From positions 476,291,294-476,355,293 of the forward strand of contig NC_133618.1 of assembly GCF_048593235.1 (NCBI RefSeq): DNA of 64,000 nucleotides, given 5' to 3'. The number at the start of each line of letters is the position of its first letter. Position 1 is the stretch's first letter. Source of the stretch: Sminthopsis crassicaudata (Eukaryota). A program made the position numbers and the translations under genes. Of this stretch, positions 61,271 to 64,000 are shown one piece after another. A model generated the notes under the pieces. The model was not told the DNA's origin, did no database searches, and was given only the letters and a program-made list of their open reading frames with translations.

Positions 61271-63104
61271 GTTAAATAACAAGATGATTTTTTAACATAT
61301 TGAGGGGGTGATGTTTGAACTCAGGTCTTCCTTATTCCAAGTCTATATTGTACTATGCCATGCTGATTTCCCCTCACATAGGGATTGTTGTTACAGACAT
61401 AAAGACTTAAACTTCATAGAAAAACAGAAGTAAGAAGCATTTTTGTGAGAAATGATTGCCCAGAAGATCTTATCTGCTTCCCATCAAGTTACTTTCCCTA
61501 GGATCATGTACTCTGTGATGGGCAAGGAGCCCATCTGGGCAGGAGCCTTGTTTGTTTGTATTGTGCAACCCTGAGAAAAAGAGCTCTTTGCTCCAGGAGA
61601 ACCACCTCCTGCACTGGACCCTAGTGTTCCATAGGTGGTTTTATTCCCACCCACTGGTTAGCAAAAGCCTGACAGAAGCATGTTTATTAATGAGCCTCCT
61701 TGCACTTGTTAGGAGGAATAGGACCCTAGAGCTATCTCCCCTGCAGAGCCAAAAGGGAACTGACTGGTTACTGGAAGGTGATGATCCCTGATCTTGTACA
61801 AACTCCAAAGGCAAAATCTAGCACTCAGGAACAGAATGGAAATGGAAATTTGTGACACTCTATGGAGGATTTCAGGCCCATAAACCAGAGACAGTATGTA
61901 GTTGCTCATCTGTGACAGATATAATAGGGATAATCGGTACTTAATAAGTAATCCAAGGCTAATTAAATGTTACTAATATACATTGCAAAGGTTCCTCCCA
62001 TTCCCCCCACACACACATACTTTTTTTTTTTTAAACACAATTTTAGACTTTGTGGCATGAAGAAGACGAAAGTCCCTTTGATGAGCAATTTCAGGAATTC
62101 TAGGACAAAATTTGTTTAGCTATGTTATCAAGCCACAGAGTCAACTAGCCTCTTGTTTATTCTTTAGCATGTGGAGTTAGTATGTGCAGAGGCATGGACT
62201 TTACCAGTGACAATGATATGTGTCAAATCTGGGTTATTTTATGAGCACCCCAGAATCAGAGCTAAGTCAAGCAAATAAGACTTGGTCCTAAGGCATTGAC
62301 ATGGGGGATGGAGCAGACCTAGGTGAATGTCATTGTTTTATTCCTTTAAATTGTGGTCGAAGCAACCCTGGACCCTCTGGGCCACTCACTTCCAACACAA
62401 CTATGCCCATTGTAGGCCTTGCTTCTCTCCTGATATAGTCCCTTCCTACTCTTTTACCATTCCCATTTACTCAACTGATGCCGACTTCAGTTCCATCAAG
62501 ATATAGCTCTATCAAAATTTTTAAAATCATGTGCTTATAGAAACATATATATGTAAATATGTAATATGCATACATATATACACATAATTTATAAATTAAT
62601 TGCATGCATATATTGCATATTGTGTGTATATATATGCATACATATTGTGTGTATGTGAAACCTAAGGTTTTTACTCTGATTATCATTTACCTGCTCCTGA
62701 ACTTTTTCATTAGCAAATTTCAGAAGCATCATCCAATGCACAAAGCTAGTCTGATCATATCTGAATGATTACACTGAGGGAAAAGAAGCATGGAGCAGTA
62801 GAAACGACTTGGAGATAGAAGCTTTGGGATGAATCCTGGCTTTATTGCTATTTACTGTCTAAGGGTCCTTGAACAAGGTACCAGATCTCTCTGAACATAT
62901 AACATTCATTTGTAAAGGAAAGGACTGGACTAAAGGATCTCTAGAGCCTTCTGACTCTGGACACCATGGCCCTCCACAGTAGGCCAGCCTTAGGCCATTA
63001 CTCTCTCTAATCCAAGCTCTAAAGGACAGGGTTCAAGTTATTCCTCAAATCACTGGGGAAATGTCCAATTTTCCTGTAAGAGGGACTTTTGGGGAGCTCC
63101 TTTG

Positions 63105-63350
63105 AGAGCTCTGTGGCTCAGGAAATAGAACTCTGGATCTGGAATCAGGAAGAGTTGAATTCAAATCCAGATTTAGATACTAGCTATATCATCCTGGCAA
63201 GTCACTCAATCTCAGTTTGCTTCAGTTTGCTCAGCTGCCAAATGGAGATATTACAGGATTCTTGTGAGAATCAAATGAGATAATATTTGTGAAATGATTA
63301 ACACAGTGCCTGACACATAGAAGACCCCGTATAAATGCTGATTCCCCTCT
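63105..63350 (+). mobile_element. MIR SINE
   Basis: gaatcaggaagagttgaattcaaatcc head; tail cacagtgcctgacacatag. Confidence 0.75.
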
Positions 63351-63649
63351 TCCTGCCCATGAGATCTAAATGACCAAGTCAGTCAACAGGTACATTTCAA
63401 GCACTTACTATGTAATGGACATTGCATAAAGACTAGGAATAAGTAAAACTAATGATAGCCTCTGCCCTCAAGGAGCTTACACTCTGATGGGAGAAGGCAA
63501 AACATAAAATAAAGCTGGAAAAGGGGGAGGGGGGAAGTACCCCTAAATGGCATATGATGTACATATTGCAAAGTGGTGAGAAATGGATAAAAACAATGCC
63601 CACCTGGAAGTCCTCTTTAATTGAGGTTGTAGAAGTAGTTATTCAATAA

Positions 63650-63780
63650 GTAGACTTCAATGACTCTGGAAGGGAGAGTGAGGCTGATGACTTTGCACAG
63701 CTCTGACTCTCTTAAATCCAATTTATGGCAAGTCAACTCATTGTCCTTTTGATGTCATTGGTGCTCTTTGAAAACAGTGC
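63650..63780 (+). mobile_element. Marsupial RTE-related SINE 3' fragment (WALLSI/MdoRep-like)
   Basis: caatgactctggaagggagagtgaggctgatgactttg...cttaaatccaatt...gatgtcattggt. Confidence 0.55.
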
Positions 63781-63789
63781 AATGTAAGG

Positions 63790-64000
63790 ATGGGTTTTTT
63801 TTTAAATAATATTTTATTTTCCCTCCAATTGTATGTAAAGACAATTTTTAGCATTCATTTTTTTTACAAAATTTTGAGTTCTTTTTCTCCCTCCCTCTCT
63901 TCCTCTCTACTTCCTTCTCTCTTCTTCCTAAAACAGTAAGGATTTGATTTAGATCTTATTCTTTTTTTTTAAATAAGAAGCACCATACTTTGGAAGTGTG
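63790..64000 (-). mobile_element. Marsupial L1 3' end (may run past the window edge)
   Basis: T-rich tail then ttccctccaattgtatgtaaagacaatttttagcattcatt...aaaattttgagttc. Confidence 0.65.

Noticed and set aside
1-64000. Inferring host-gene strand from L1 orientation bias
   Set aside because: L1 fragments split about evenly (roughly 5 plus, 6 minus), so there is no usable signal.
1-64000. tRNA, rRNA, snRNA, 7SL, NUMT or ERV sequences
   Set aside because: None recognised; tRNA-like A/B-box sequences occur only as SINE heads.

Overview
AT-rich, CpG-depleted vertebrate non-coding DNA from a draft assembly with 8 N-gaps. The repeat content points to an Australian marsupial, most likely a dasyurid such as the Tasmanian devil: MAR1/MIR CORE-SINEs, a WSINE1, marsupial L1 3' ends, L2, L3/CR1 and an OC1/OposCharlie1-type hAT MITE. 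This is inferred from remembered repeat consensus sequences, not from a database search. I found no intact protein-coding gene, RNA gene or CRISPR array. The only ORFs with recognisable protein similarity are decayed retrotransposon ORFs (L1 ORF2; CR1/L3 ORF1 and ORF2). The window reads as a large intron or gene desert with several CpG-retaining unique blocks that may be regulatory or hold small exons. The most unusual structure is an ungapped 135-bp inverted repeat (20981-21115 / 21593-21727, 121/135 identical) made of sequence I do not recognise as a transposon, bracketing a strong minus-strand splice signal. Also notable are an intact OC1-type MITE with a perfect 8-bp target-site duplication (TSD), a near full-length ancient L3/CR1 still showing its ORF1 esterase motifs, a spacer-less (CA)n(TG)n palindrome, and a perfect 39-bp duplication of an RFX X-box-like motif. 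I cannot support a novel multi-gene system here. Coordinates of old, decayed repeats are approximate (tens of bp).
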